55,149 bases of DNA from a virus. Numbering within the stretch: the first letter of the stretch is position 1; every line of letters starts with the position of its first letter. Positions 33,674 through 43,186 of this stretch are shown here, piece by piece. Made by a program: the position numbers and the translations under genes. The notes beneath the pieces are model-generated. The model made no database searches. It was not told where the DNA came from and saw nothing but the letters and a program-made list of their open reading frames with translations. The DNA is taken from IMG/VR virus record IMGVR_UViG_3300022839_000018. The stretch is one strand, 5' to 3'.

Positions 33674-33940
33674 ATGGCTATGCGACCAAAGGCACGTCCC
33701 GCAAATATGGGTAAAGTAGACGGAACACCAGCAGCTGTGACACGATTTATTACAGCTAACGGTATTTCTGCAGCTAAAAAGAAATACAAGCCAGCTTCCA
33801 TTATGGCTGCACAAAAGCTAACAAAAGATAAAGTTAAAGCACCTACAACTTCACTACGTCCAAAAGGTCGTCCACTGGTCGCTGGTAGCGTAGGTAATAC
33901 GTCAAGCACTCGTGGTTTTAAGCCGTTGGGAAAAATGTAA
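33674..33940 (+). CDS. Basic hypothetical protein (88 aa) with two RPK(A/G)RP motifs
   Basis: Track ORF inside the lysis cassette. Confidence 0.55.
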   Translation: MAMRPKARPANMGKVDGTPAAVTRFITANGISAAKKKYKPASIMAAQKLTKDKVKAPTTSLRPKGRPLVAGSVGNTSSTRGFKPLGKM

Positions 33941-34392
33941 TGGCATTTAATTTATCACAACGTAGCCTTGACAAGATGGAAGGCGTAGATGAAACACTTG
34001 TGTCTGTAGTTAAACGTGCCATTGAACTTACGAAGATAGACTTCGGAGTTATCTATGGTATGCGTACACAAGCGGAGCAACGTAAACTTGTAGCTGCAGG
34101 TAAGTCTCAGACTATGAAGTCTAAGCACCTTGTAGGTAGGGCAGTTGACTTGATGGCTTACGTAGAAGGTAAGGGTTGCTGGGAACTAAACGTCTATGAC
34201 GATCTATGTGACGCAATGAAAGAGGCAGCTAAGGAACTTGATGTGGCAATCAAGTGGGGTGCCGCATGGTCAGAGGGTGACATTCGTACGTACGAAGGTA
34301 CATCGGAAGACGCAATGATGAAATACATTGATCTTCGCCGCAGTGAAGGTCGTAGGCCCTTTATTGATGGCCCACACTTTGAGTTGATGTAA
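33940..34392 (+). CDS. Peptidase M15 (L-alanyl-D-glutamate peptidase type) endolysin
   Basis: SKHLVGRAVDL and DGPHFEL zinc-ligand motifs (HxxGxAxD ... DxxH). Confidence 0.8.
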   Translation: MAFNLSQRSLDKMEGVDETLVSVVKRAIELTKIDFGVIYGMRTQAEQRKLVAAGKSQTMKSKHLVGRAVDLMAYVEGKGCWELNVYDDLCDAMKEAAKELDVAIKWGAAWSEGDIRTYEGTSEDAMMKYIDLRRSEGRRPFIDGPHFELM

Positions 34393-34402
34393 AGGAAGTA
34401 AT

Positions 34403-34777
34403 ATGGCACGTGAGTTAACGGAACGTCAACAAAAGTTTTTAGCAGTCCTTATGGATGAGGCAGGTGGTGATGTTACTACCGCCAAAAAACTTGCAGGGTA
34501 TTCAGAAAATACTTCTAATACAGAAATTACTAATAGCTTGAAAGAAGAAATCATTGACACAACACATAGCTATCTAGCACGTAACGTACCTAAAGCTGCT
34601 ATCGCTATGGTTAGTGCCTTGTACGATCCTACTGAGTTAGGCATTCGTGAAAAGATGGCGGCAGCTAAAGAACTACTAGACCGTACAGGCTTAGTTAAAA
34701 CTGAGAAGGTACAGGTAGAATCTAAGGGTGGTGTCATGCTGATGCCAGCTAAACAAGTACAGGAAGACGATGACTAA
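34403..34777 (+). CDS. terS: Probable terminase small subunit
   Basis: LTERQQKFLAVLMDEAGGDVTTAKKLAGYSE HTH-like N-terminus. It lies upstream of TerL. Confidence 0.5.
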   Translation: MARELTERQQKFLAVLMDEAGGDVTTAKKLAGYSENTSNTEITNSLKEEIIDTTHSYLARNVPKAAIAMVSALYDPTELGIREKMAAAKELLDRTGLVKTEKVQVESKGGVMLMPAKQVQEDDD

Positions 34778-35201
34778 GCCATTAGGACAATGGAAACTAC
34801 CACAACCGACTGACCTACAAGAAGACAACGAATGGGTTCCTATCCCACGTGTAGCTAGAACAGTTCCCTTCGGGTATCAATTAGACCCAGAAGATAGCGG
34901 AATACTCTTGCCAATTGTACACGAACTTGATATGCTTATGGAAGCTAAGAGATACTTAAAGCAGTACTCTTATCGTGAGGTAGCTAACTGGCTTACACGA
35001 AACACAGGCAGAAGTATATCTCACGTAGGATTAAAGAAACGGTTGGACAATGAGCGAAGAAGAAAAAACAAAGCTGGAAGCCTACGCAGATGGGCAGACT
35101 ATGCGAAAAAGGCAATCGCCAAAGCGGAAGAAATCGAGCGCACAAGGATCGGCGCAAAAGCCCAAGGCGAGGAAGACAAGCCAAAAGCAGACGCAGCCTA
35201 A
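34770..35201 (+). CDS. HTH DNA-binding protein (143 aa)
   Basis: SYREVANWLTRNTGRSISHVGLKKRL. It overlaps the longest TerL frame by 152 nt. Confidence 0.5.
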   Translation: MTKPLGQWKLPQPTDLQEDNEWVPIPRVARTVPFGYQLDPEDSGILLPIVHELDMLMEAKRYLKQYSYREVANWLTRNTGRSISHVGLKKRLDNERRRKNKAGSLRRWADYAKKAIAKAEEIERTRIGAKAQGEEDKPKADAA

Positions 35202-36642
35202 ACCTACTACCTTACTTGTAGAAGATTTGTCGCAGGTAGAAGAACAGCATAACATTATTTTTAAACCTAATGCTGGGCCACAGACAGACTTCCTAGCTGC
35301 AAGTGAGCGTGAGGTCTTATACGGAGGCTCTGCAGGGGGTGGAAAGAGTTACGCTATGTTAGCTGACCCTTTACGCTTTATGGGCCACCCAGCCTTCTCA
35401 GGATTGCTCCTACGGCATACCACGGAAGAACTACGAGAACTTATCTTTAAGTCACAAGAAATGTATCCTAAGATTTGGCCCGGTATTAAATGGTCAGAAC
35501 GTAAGATGCAGTGGACTGCACCCTCTGGTGCCAGACTGTGGATGTCCTACCTAGATAAAGAAGATGACGTACTTCGCTATCAAGGTTTAGCATTTAGCTG
35601 GATAGGCTTTGACGAACTTACGCAATGGCCTAGTCCCTTCGCTTGGAACTACATGAGATCACGTTTACGTTCTACAGCTAAAGACCTACCAGTGTACATG
35701 AGAGCGACTACTAACCCCGGAGGCAGAGGACACCATTGGGTTAAGAAAATGTTTATTGACCCTGCTGCATACGGTGTATCCTTTGACGCTACTGATATTG
35801 AAACTACTGAAGTACTTCGCTACCCTGCAGGGCATGAGAAAGCAGGGAAGGCACTATTCAAACGTAAGTTTATTCCTGCACGATTAAGAGATAATCCATA
35901 CCTAGCTGAGCAAGGCGACTATGAGGCAATGCTTCTATCCTTGCCTGAGCAACAACGTAGGCAACTACTAGACGGTGATTGGGACATTAAAGAAGGTGCA
36001 GCATTTACGGAGTTCGATAGAAACATCCACGTAGTTGAACCCTTTAAGATACCATCTAACTGGGTTAAGTTTCGGGCATGTGACTATGGATATGGAAGTA
36101 AATCTGGCGTAGTCTGGATTGCTGTATCCCCTAGTGAACAGTTAGTAGTGTATCGTGAGTTATACGTAACAAAGGTACTTGCTGCTGACCTCGCAGACAT
36201 GGTTCTTAACCTAGAAGCGGAAGACGGAAACATTAAATACGGCGTATTGGATAGCTCTCTTTGGCACAAACGTGGTGATACGGGACCGTCCCTAGCGGAG
36301 CAGATGGTACAAAGGGGTTGTCGGTGGCGTCCATCAGATCGTTCTAAAGGCTCTCGTGTAGCAGGTAAGAATGAAATACACAGGCGATTACAGGTTGATG
36401 AGTTTACAGAAGAACCTAGACTTATATTTTTTAACACCTGTACTAACATAGTTGCACAGTTACCTGCGCTACCCATAGACAAAAGAAACCCAGAGGACAT
36501 AGACACTACCTCAGAAGACCACTTGTACGATGCGCTAAGGTATGGTATTATGTCAAGACCACGATTTAGTATATGGGACTACGATCCCAACAGTGGACCA
36601 TCAAATACTATGAGAGTAGCAGATGCTACTTTTGGATATTAA
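35050..36642 (+). CDS. terL: Terminase large subunit (true start uncertain: 35050, 35101 or TTG 35227)
   Basis: Walker A YGGSAGGGKSYAML, Walker B-like SWIGFDELT, and a C-terminal nuclease region. Confidence 0.85.
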   Translation: MSEEEKTKLEAYADGQTMRKRQSPKRKKSSAQGSAQKPKARKTSQKQTQPKPTTLLVEDLSQVEEQHNIIFKPNAGPQTDFLAASEREVLYGGSAGGGKSYAMLADPLRFMGHPAFSGLLLRHTTEELRELIFKSQEMYPKIWPGIKWSERKMQWTAPSGARLWMSYLDKEDDVLRYQGLAFSWIGFDELTQWPSPFAWNYMRSRLRSTAKDLPVYMRATTNPGGRGHHWVKKMFIDPAAYGVSFDATDIETTEVLRYPAGHEKAGKALFKRKFIPARLRDNPYLAEQGDYEAMLLSLPEQQRRQLLDGDWDIKEGAAFTEFDRNIHVVEPFKIPSNWVKFRACDYGYGSKSGVVWIAVSPSEQLVVYRELYVTKVLAADLADMVLNLEAEDGNIKYGVLDSSLWHKRGDTGPSLAEQMVQRGCRWRPSDRSKGSRVAGKNEIHRRLQVDEFTEEPRLIFFNTCTNIVAQLPALPIDKRNPEDIDTTSEDHLYDALRYGIMSRPRFSIWDYDPNSGPSNTMRVADATFGY

Positions 36643-36652
36643 GGAAGCATAA

Positions 36653-38782
36653 ATGGAAGAAGATACTGAAGGCTTTATTGAAGATGATTCAATTGTATTA
36701 GAAGATAGTGAAGACTCTTCTATTGACGATGCCAATACTTCTAAAATTATTCCATTCATTATGGAAAAGTATAATCGTGCAGATGATTATCGTCAGCAGG
36801 ATGAGTTGCGCTGGCTACGTGCGTATCGTAACTACAGGGGTTTGTACGGTCCCGATGTACAATTTACAGAGGCAGAAAAGTCTCGTGTATTTATTAAGGT
36901 AACAAAAACTAAAACTCTAGCTGCCTACGGGCAAATTGTTGACGTGTTATTTGCGGGTCAAAAGTTTCCCCTTACAGTTGACCCTACTGAACTGCCAGAA
37001 GGCGTAGTTGCAGATGTACACTTTGACCCTAAAGAACCGGATCAGCTTCGTACTTCTGAACTAAATGCCAGCGTTAGCCCTTACGGATTTGCTGGTGACG
37101 GTAAAGATTTACCTGCAGGCGCTACCGCTAAAACATTGTTAGATAGTATAGGGCCACTTAAAGATAAGATTAGCGAAATTGATAATGTTCGTGTAGGTGT
37201 AGGTAAAACTCCTACTGCAGTTACTTTTAGTCCTGCAATGATCGCCGCTAAGATGATGCAAAAGAAAATCCACGACCAACTAGAAGAGTCTAGCGCAAGT
37301 AAACATTTACGTAGTACGGCCTTTGAAATGGCCCTGTTTGGTACAGGTGTTATGAAAGGCCCCTTCGCAGTAGATAAAGAGTATCCTAACTGGGGTGAAG
37401 ACGGTGAGTATTCACCTATTATGAAAACAATTCCACAAGTATCCCATGTATCCGTGTGGAACTTTTATCCTGACCCAGACGCAAATAACATGGATGAAGC
37501 ACAGTTTGTAATTGAACGTCACAAGATGTCTCGTACACAGTTGCGTGGATTAAAGCGTAGGCCACACTTTCGCCGTAACGTAATTGATGAAGCAGTCCAA
37601 CTTGGTGAAAACTATAATAAAGAATCTTGGGAAGACGATCTTTCTGATTACGCACCAGAACACGGCGTAGAACGGTTTGAGGTACTGGAGTATTGGGGCA
37701 TGGTAGATGTCGAGATGCTTATGGATCAAGGCGTAGACATTCCTGAAGAGCTAGAAAACGTAGATGAGTTGCAAGCTAATGTATGGATTTGCAATGGTAA
37801 ACTTCTTCGTATGGTTCTTAATCCGTTTAAACCTGCAAATATTCCTTACATGGCGGTGCCTTATGAGCTTAATCCTTATAGTTTTTTTGGCGTAGGCATT
37901 GCGGAAAACATGGACGATACACAAACTTTGATGAATGGTTTTATGCGTATGGCAGTAGATAACGCCGTACTGTCTGGTAACTTACTTATTGAGGTAGACG
38001 AAACTAATCTAGTACCGGGACAAGACTTGTCTGTGTATCCCGGTAAAGTGTTTAGGCGTCAAGGTGGTGCGCCGGGACAAAGTATCTTTGGTACTAAGTT
38101 TCCTAACGTAGCCCAAGAAAACTTACAGTTGTTTGACAAGGCACGTGTACTTGCAGATGAAAGCACAGGCTTCCCTTCTTTTGCGCATGGTCAGACAGGC
38201 GTATCTGGCGTAGGACGTACCGCTTCTGGCATATCTATGCTTATGGGAGCAGCCCAAGGCGGAGTAAAGAACGTAATTAAAAATATTGATGACTACTTGC
38301 TTCGCCCACTAGGTGAAGGTTTGTTTAGATTTAATATGCAGTTTGATTATGATCCTGCCATTAAGGGTGACTTGGAAGTTAAAGCACGTGGTACAGAAAG
38401 CTTAATGGCTAATGAAGTACGTAGTCAAAGATTAATGCAGTTTATGCAAATATCTTCTAGTCCAGCACTTGCACCTTTTGCAAAATTCCAGTATATTATA
38501 CGAGAGATTGCAAAGTCTCTTGAACTAGACCCAGATAAAGTTACCAACAATATGGACGAAGCAGCTATTCAAGCTGAGCTTATGAAGGGCTTTCAACAAC
38601 CAGCTGCAGATGGAAGTCAGGGACCAATGGACCCTACAGGCGCAGGTGGTGGTAATATAGGTACGGGCCAAGTTCCAGTGCCTAATGAACAAGGATTTAG
38701 TGGAAATGCACAAGGACAAGGAGCACCTGAGCAAGCTCAAGGCAATGGTCAACAACCCCCAGCAATGGGACCAGTTCAGTAG
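36653..38782 (+). CDS. Portal protein
   Basis: 709 aa immediately after TerL, with a podovirus head-tail connector-like central region and a low-complexity G/Q tail. Confidence 0.7.
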   Translation: MEEDTEGFIEDDSIVLEDSEDSSIDDANTSKIIPFIMEKYNRADDYRQQDELRWLRAYRNYRGLYGPDVQFTEAEKSRVFIKVTKTKTLAAYGQIVDVLFAGQKFPLTVDPTELPEGVVADVHFDPKEPDQLRTSELNASVSPYGFAGDGKDLPAGATAKTLLDSIGPLKDKISEIDNVRVGVGKTPTAVTFSPAMIAAKMMQKKIHDQLEESSASKHLRSTAFEMALFGTGVMKGPFAVDKEYPNWGEDGEYSPIMKTIPQVSHVSVWNFYPDPDANNMDEAQFVIERHKMSRTQLRGLKRRPHFRRNVIDEAVQLGENYNKESWEDDLSDYAPEHGVERFEVLEYWGMVDVEMLMDQGVDIPEELENVDELQANVWICNGKLLRMVLNPFKPANIPYMAVPYELNPYSFFGVGIAENMDDTQTLMNGFMRMAVDNAVLSGNLLIEVDETNLVPGQDLSVYPGKVFRRQGGAPGQSIFGTKFPNVAQENLQLFDKARVLADESTGFPSFAHGQTGVSGVGRTASGISMLMGAAQGGVKNVIKNIDDYLLRPLGEGLFRFNMQFDYDPAIKGDLEVKARGTESLMANEVRSQRLMQFMQISSSPALAPFAKFQYIIREIAKSLELDPDKVTNNMDEAAIQAELMKGFQQPAADGSQGPMDPTGAGGGNIGTGQVPVPNEQGFSGNAQGQGAPEQAQGNGQQPPAMGPVQ

Positions 38783-38924
38783 TTATATTGATACATTGAT
38801 AGCGCAACAGCATCGTACTATGGAACAGTCTGACAATGACAAGATTATGTATAGGTCACAAGGTGCTATATACACATTGCGTAGGCTAAAGCTACTTAGA
38901 GATGAAGTATTAAAAAATGGCTGA
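38685..38924 (+). CDS. Small hypothetical protein (79 aa; alternative ATG at 38745 gives 59 aa)
   Basis: Track ORF overlapping the portal 3' end. Confidence 0.45.
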   Translation: MNKDLVEMHKDKEHLSKLKAMVNNPQQWDQFSSYIDTLIAQQHRTMEQSDNDKIMYRSQGAIYTLRRLKLLRDEVLKNG

Positions 38925-41900
38925 AGAAAAAGTAAGTCAAGGTTTAAAATTTAACAGAGGTGGAACCCCAATGCGGAAACAAATGAAACTTTTTAACGAT
39001 GGTGGTCTTAAAGAAGAGGGTGGCATGGTAGACAAAGAGTCTGGTAATAAAGTTCCTGTAGGCGGTACACGTAAAGGTGTTCGTGATGACATACCCGCTA
39101 TGGTCAGCGAAGGTGAGTTTGTATTTCCCGAAGATGTAGTTAGGTATATTGGTTTAGATAAACTTATGCAGATGCGACAGAAAGCTAAGGCAGGACTTCA
39201 AAATATGGATGACATGGGGCAAATGGGCAATAGTGAAGAAGCTACTGTTCCAGATGACGCACCATTAAGTCTCCCTGTTGGCATGGCGGAAGGTGGGGTA
39301 GTACAAAATGCGGCACCTCGTTCTTTAGTTGGGGGTGTTGCTCAAACTGCTGCGCCTCGTCAACTAACTACTACAACCCCTACTGCAAAAAGATCAGCCG
39401 TTAGTTTTAAAGAATTTATGGGTAAAGGGTACGTAGAGTTTAAAGAATATCGTAACTCAGCAGGCACTTCTTTGTTAATACCTTTTGTGGGCGGCTCTCC
39501 CGCATATCCTATTCCATCAGGCTATACAGAATATACACCGACCTCTGACGAAAGTGGTTCTACAGGCGGAGCATCGCAGGGTACTACCGCTATAGCTACG
39601 GAAGTAGGTAACGCTATAAACGCCGCAACGGGCAACGACAAAGACGATAACAATTTTACTGTGCCAAAGTCTCAATTTCAAAAATCTGGTGGCTGGGATA
39701 TGGATACGACAGGCTCCGACGGTAAAGATTTACAGCTTTGGATTGACGAAGCGACTAAATTTTTTGATGGTACGTCTTCTGTAGTCTCTGGCGTTGCTTC
39801 TGTTTTTGGATTAGGTGTTCCTGTATACTTACTAAATAAAAGTCAACGGAACCGTGTGATAGAAGACTTAGACGAAAAAATTGCACAGGCTAAAAAAACT
39901 TCTATGCCGGGACAGGTTGCAGCGTTACAAAAAATTAAAGATTCACTAAATGAAGAATCAAAAAAATCTATTTTAAGTAAAGTAGTAGATGGCATTACCG
40001 GAACTATAGGCGACCTGTTTGGTGCAGACGAGGAAGAAAAGAAAAAAGCAGTAACAGAGGTAGTTAAAATTGAAAACGAAACTTTTAATTTTGGCGATGT
40101 AGAAGGTCAGTATAGTAAATCTCCTTCCTTATCTACAGACCTACCGGGTGAGCTTAGTGAACCCGAATTTACAAGTACAGCTAACATGCCAGCAGCCACT
40201 GCAAAAGACGAAGAAAAATTTAAAGATGAATTTGATGCATTTACACGTAAGTACAGTACAGCACTAGCCGATGTAGAAAAGAACCTAATACCAAGAGATG
40301 TACTAGAGTACATTTTAAAGGATGCTTCGGTGAGGCTGGGTAAAGATGCGGCTCGTGAAATACAATCTAATAGTATGACTACACTTTACAACACAGATTA
40401 CGCAAACAATACTGTTGCCAATTTATTTGGCCCTAACTTTGGTCGGCCTAAGTTATCTACAGAAGAACAAATAGCTAAACGTGCCAGTATAACACCTTCC
40501 GGTGGCGTACCTTTTTCTGCGTCAACCGCTGATCCTCGTTTATTAGAGGCGGCAGGTTATCCAGTACAAACGAAAGAAGAACAAACACCTTCCTTTACGC
40601 CCAGCACACCAAGCTACGATATGTTTGGTAAACCGTACGCTAATGCTACTGTACGTAAGTATGCAGACGATGCTTTAGCAGATAGCTCAGCTTTTGCAAA
40701 TACTGTTACCGAAGTAAATAATCTAGTTAAAGGGTATGATTTTAAAACGGACCTTGGGCCACTTCCCGGTGTTGATCCTAACTTTACACTAGAGTCAACG
40801 CAGCAGTTTACGCCTAAAATGACTACTGAAGTACCTAAATTTGATGTACCATCATCCCCACGTAATTATACAGATACCGCATACAACTATGGTACACAGA
40901 TGGATACTACTCTATTTCCTGCAACCGTACAAGACCAAACACAACAAGCTTTTGCGGGAAGCACGTACGATACCGTGCCTGCGTATTCGACTAAGCAACC
41001 ACCCGCACCTGTTGCTGGGGCACCTGTCGCACCTACCTTTCCTGTAGACCCACGTCTTTCTATCTCTAGTACAGGTCTTCCTGCTGCTACAGCACAAACA
41101 TTTAACCAAACCTTTGCAACAAATCGTGCAGCAGGTGCTAAAGAGTTTAGCTATGACAGAGATGGCGATGGTAAAACAGAAAGATACACTACTGATCTTG
41201 CTAAACCAGCTGAAGCGGCTAAAGCAGGTTCTAATAGTCTATACCAAACTGCAGCAAATTTGTTTACCCCCGGTGATGATAAAGAATATGTAGGTGGTGA
41301 GATTGTTACTACCGGAAGTAGTAAATCTAAAACAAAGACTACTCCCGCTGCAAGTAAAAACGTTGCCACTGCAAATGTTATTAATAAGACAAGTGCTCCT
41401 ATAGCTAAAGCCAATCAGGATAGATTTGGAGATGCTGGTGCAGGTAATGTGTGGGCGGTACAACCGGGAACTAATGCAGTCACTAAAGTAAAAGCTGCAA
41501 AAGTTGTAGGCTCACGTAGTAAAGAAGCTGTACAGGCAGACATCAATAAAGAAATAGCAAATGGCTGGACGCCAAGAGCTAACGAACTTGTAAAAGAACG
41601 TGCCGCTGCTCAACCTGCACCTACACCAGTTGCAAGCAGCAGTAATAAGGACAGCGGAAACGATGGTGGCAACGAAGATAAAATTGTATGTACCGAAATG
41701 TATCGCCAAACCCAACTGGTAGATTGGCAACGGTCTATAAAGATTTGGGACATATATCAAAAAAGGCACTTGACACCCCTACATCAAATAGGTTATCATT
41801 GGTTATTCAAACCTTACGTTAAAGGTATGAAGAATAGTTCTATACTAACTAAGTTAGGTGCAGCTTTAGCCAAACATAGAACACAACACCTTCGTCATGT

Positions 41901-42009
41901 ACTTACTAAAGGTAAAGCTAAAGATGATATTTTAGGTAATATCTGGTGCAAGATTGTACACCCATTAGTATACGTTGCGGGTGTCATTAAAGAAAAGATA
42001 GGTAAATAG
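38917..42009 (+). CDS. Large virion protein (1030 aa)
   Basis: N-terminal repeated (F/Y)xxGG motifs, IPAMVSEGEFVFPEDVV, a low-complexity middle and a conserved C-terminal IVCTEMYRQ... domain. Confidence 0.7.
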   Translation: MAEEKVSQGLKFNRGGTPMRKQMKLFNDGGLKEEGGMVDKESGNKVPVGGTRKGVRDDIPAMVSEGEFVFPEDVVRYIGLDKLMQMRQKAKAGLQNMDDMGQMGNSEEATVPDDAPLSLPVGMAEGGVVQNAAPRSLVGGVAQTAAPRQLTTTTPTAKRSAVSFKEFMGKGYVEFKEYRNSAGTSLLIPFVGGSPAYPIPSGYTEYTPTSDESGSTGGASQGTTAIATEVGNAINAATGNDKDDNNFTVPKSQFQKSGGWDMDTTGSDGKDLQLWIDEATKFFDGTSSVVSGVASVFGLGVPVYLLNKSQRNRVIEDLDEKIAQAKKTSMPGQVAALQKIKDSLNEESKKSILSKVVDGITGTIGDLFGADEEEKKKAVTEVVKIENETFNFGDVEGQYSKSPSLSTDLPGELSEPEFTSTANMPAATAKDEEKFKDEFDAFTRKYSTALADVEKNLIPRDVLEYILKDASVRLGKDAAREIQSNSMTTLYNTDYANNTVANLFGPNFGRPKLSTEEQIAKRASITPSGGVPFSASTADPRLLEAAGYPVQTKEEQTPSFTPSTPSYDMFGKPYANATVRKYADDALADSSAFANTVTEVNNLVKGYDFKTDLGPLPGVDPNFTLESTQQFTPKMTTEVPKFDVPSSPRNYTDTAYNYGTQMDTTLFPATVQDQTQQAFAGSTYDTVPAYSTKQPPAPVAGAPVAPTFPVDPRLSISSTGLPAATAQTFNQTFATNRAAGAKEFSYDRDGDGKTERYTTDLAKPAEAAKAGSNSLYQTAANLFTPGDDKEYVGGEIVTTGSSKSKTKTTPAASKNVATANVINKTSAPIAKANQDRFGDAGAGNVWAVQPGTNAVTKVKAAKVVGSRSKEAVQADINKEIANGWTPRANELVKERAAAQPAPTPVASSSNKDSGNDGGNEDKIVCTEMYRQTQLVDWQRSIKIWDIYQKRHLTPLHQIGYHWLFKPYVKGMKNSSILTKLGAALAKHRTQHLRHVLTKGKAKDDILGNIWCKIVHPLVYVAGVIKEKIGK

Positions 42010-42010
42010 C

Positions 42011-42220
42011 ATGGAAGAAGAAACATATACATTTGGAGAGTACTTCAATGAAGTCCAAGGCCGTGCTGCTGAACTATCAGATGAAGAAAAATCTACATTA
42101 AGTTCCTTGCAAACATCTCCTCAAGGTGCTATACTAGCAAAAGTATTAGGTCCAGACTTGACAATGCTTAGTTCAATGCTTACACCTACACCCAAGCGTG
42201 GCTTAGCGGCACGTAGATAA
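42011..42220 (+). CDS. Hypothetical protein (69 aa)
   Basis: Track ORF. Confidence 0.55.
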   Translation: MEEETYTFGEYFNEVQGRAAELSDEEKSTLSSLQTSPQGAILAKVLGPDLTMLSSMLTPTPKRGLAARR

Positions 42221-42295
42221 TCCGCTATATTTGACTGGCTACCCATCCCCCTGACAACACACTAGGCTACGGCGGCCCCAGTAAGAGAGAATAAA

Positions 42296-43153
42296 ATGAA
42301 CGATACTATTATGGCAGAAGAAATGCAAGCCCCTACTAAGGTAGCCTTTGCAAATCGTAAATACTCTAATGAAGACAAACGTAAAATAGAAGAAGAAGAA
42401 CTAAAAAAACTTATTGCGGAACAAAGTGGCGAAGCTCCTGAACAGGAAGATGAACCAGTAAACGCAGAAGATAAAAGCTTTAAGAAACGTTATGGCGATC
42501 TTCGCCGCCACATGCAAGAAAAAGAAAAAGATTGGGACGATAAGTTTAAACTTATACAACGTCAATTAGAGCAATCTACTAAAGAAGAAATTAAACTTCC
42601 TAAATCCGATGAAGACATTGACGCTTGGGCAAAGCAATATCCTGACGTAGCGGCTATTGTAGAAACTATTGCTATTAAAAAGGCACGGGAACAATCTGCG
42701 GGTTTTGAAGAACGGGTAAAAGAAATTGATGAGATGAGAGCTAGTGCCGCACGTGAAAAAGCTGAGTCGGAATTGCTGTCTGCGCATCCAGATTTTGGTG
42801 ATATACGTGACAGTGACGAGTTTCACAATTGGGTTGATGAACAACCTAAGTGGGTACAAGACGCTCTGTATGAAAATGATAGTGATTCCCGTTCTGCTGC
42901 ACGTGCAATTGATTTGTACAAAGCGGATATGGGTATTAAAACAAAGAAAAGTGCAAGCCCCAAAGACGCTGCACGTTCTGTAAATAGTCGTAATAATCGT
43001 AGTGTTCCTGACACAAGCAACTCCTCTGGTACTTTTAAAGAGTCTCAAGTAAATAAAATGTCACCGCAACAATACGAAAAAGCTTCCGATGCTATTATGG
43101 AATCTATTCGTACGGGTAAATTTATTTACGATATGTCTGGTAATGCTAGATAA
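42296..43153 (+). CDS. Probable scaffolding protein
   Basis: 285 aa, highly charged and helical, directly upstream of the capsid gene. Confidence 0.55.
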   Translation: MNDTIMAEEMQAPTKVAFANRKYSNEDKRKIEEEELKKLIAEQSGEAPEQEDEPVNAEDKSFKKRYGDLRRHMQEKEKDWDDKFKLIQRQLEQSTKEEIKLPKSDEDIDAWAKQYPDVAAIVETIAIKKAREQSAGFEERVKEIDEMRASAAREKAESELLSAHPDFGDIRDSDEFHNWVDEQPKWVQDALYENDSDSRSAARAIDLYKADMGIKTKKSASPKDAARSVNSRNNRSVPDTSNSSGTFKESQVNKMSPQQYEKASDAIMESIRTGKFIYDMSGNAR

Positions 43154-43158
43154 ACCTA

Positions 43159-43186
43159 TTGACATATAATTTATTTATGTTATAAC
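43159..43186 (+). promoter_or_regulatory. Near-consensus sigma70 promoter: TTGACA, 16-nt spacer, TGtTATAAC
   Basis: Read directly, 220 nt upstream of the capsid ATG. Confidence 0.65.

Noticed and set aside
41155-41190. DRDGDGKTE in the 1030-aa virion protein, resembling the DxDGD metal motif of two-barrel RNA polymerases (relevant to the hairpin-promoter idea)
   Set aside because: It sits in a low-complexity region near the C-terminus and reads equally well as an EF-hand/thrombospondin-type calcium loop. I recognised no other polymerase motifs in this or the other giant proteins (1255 aa, 1130 aa).
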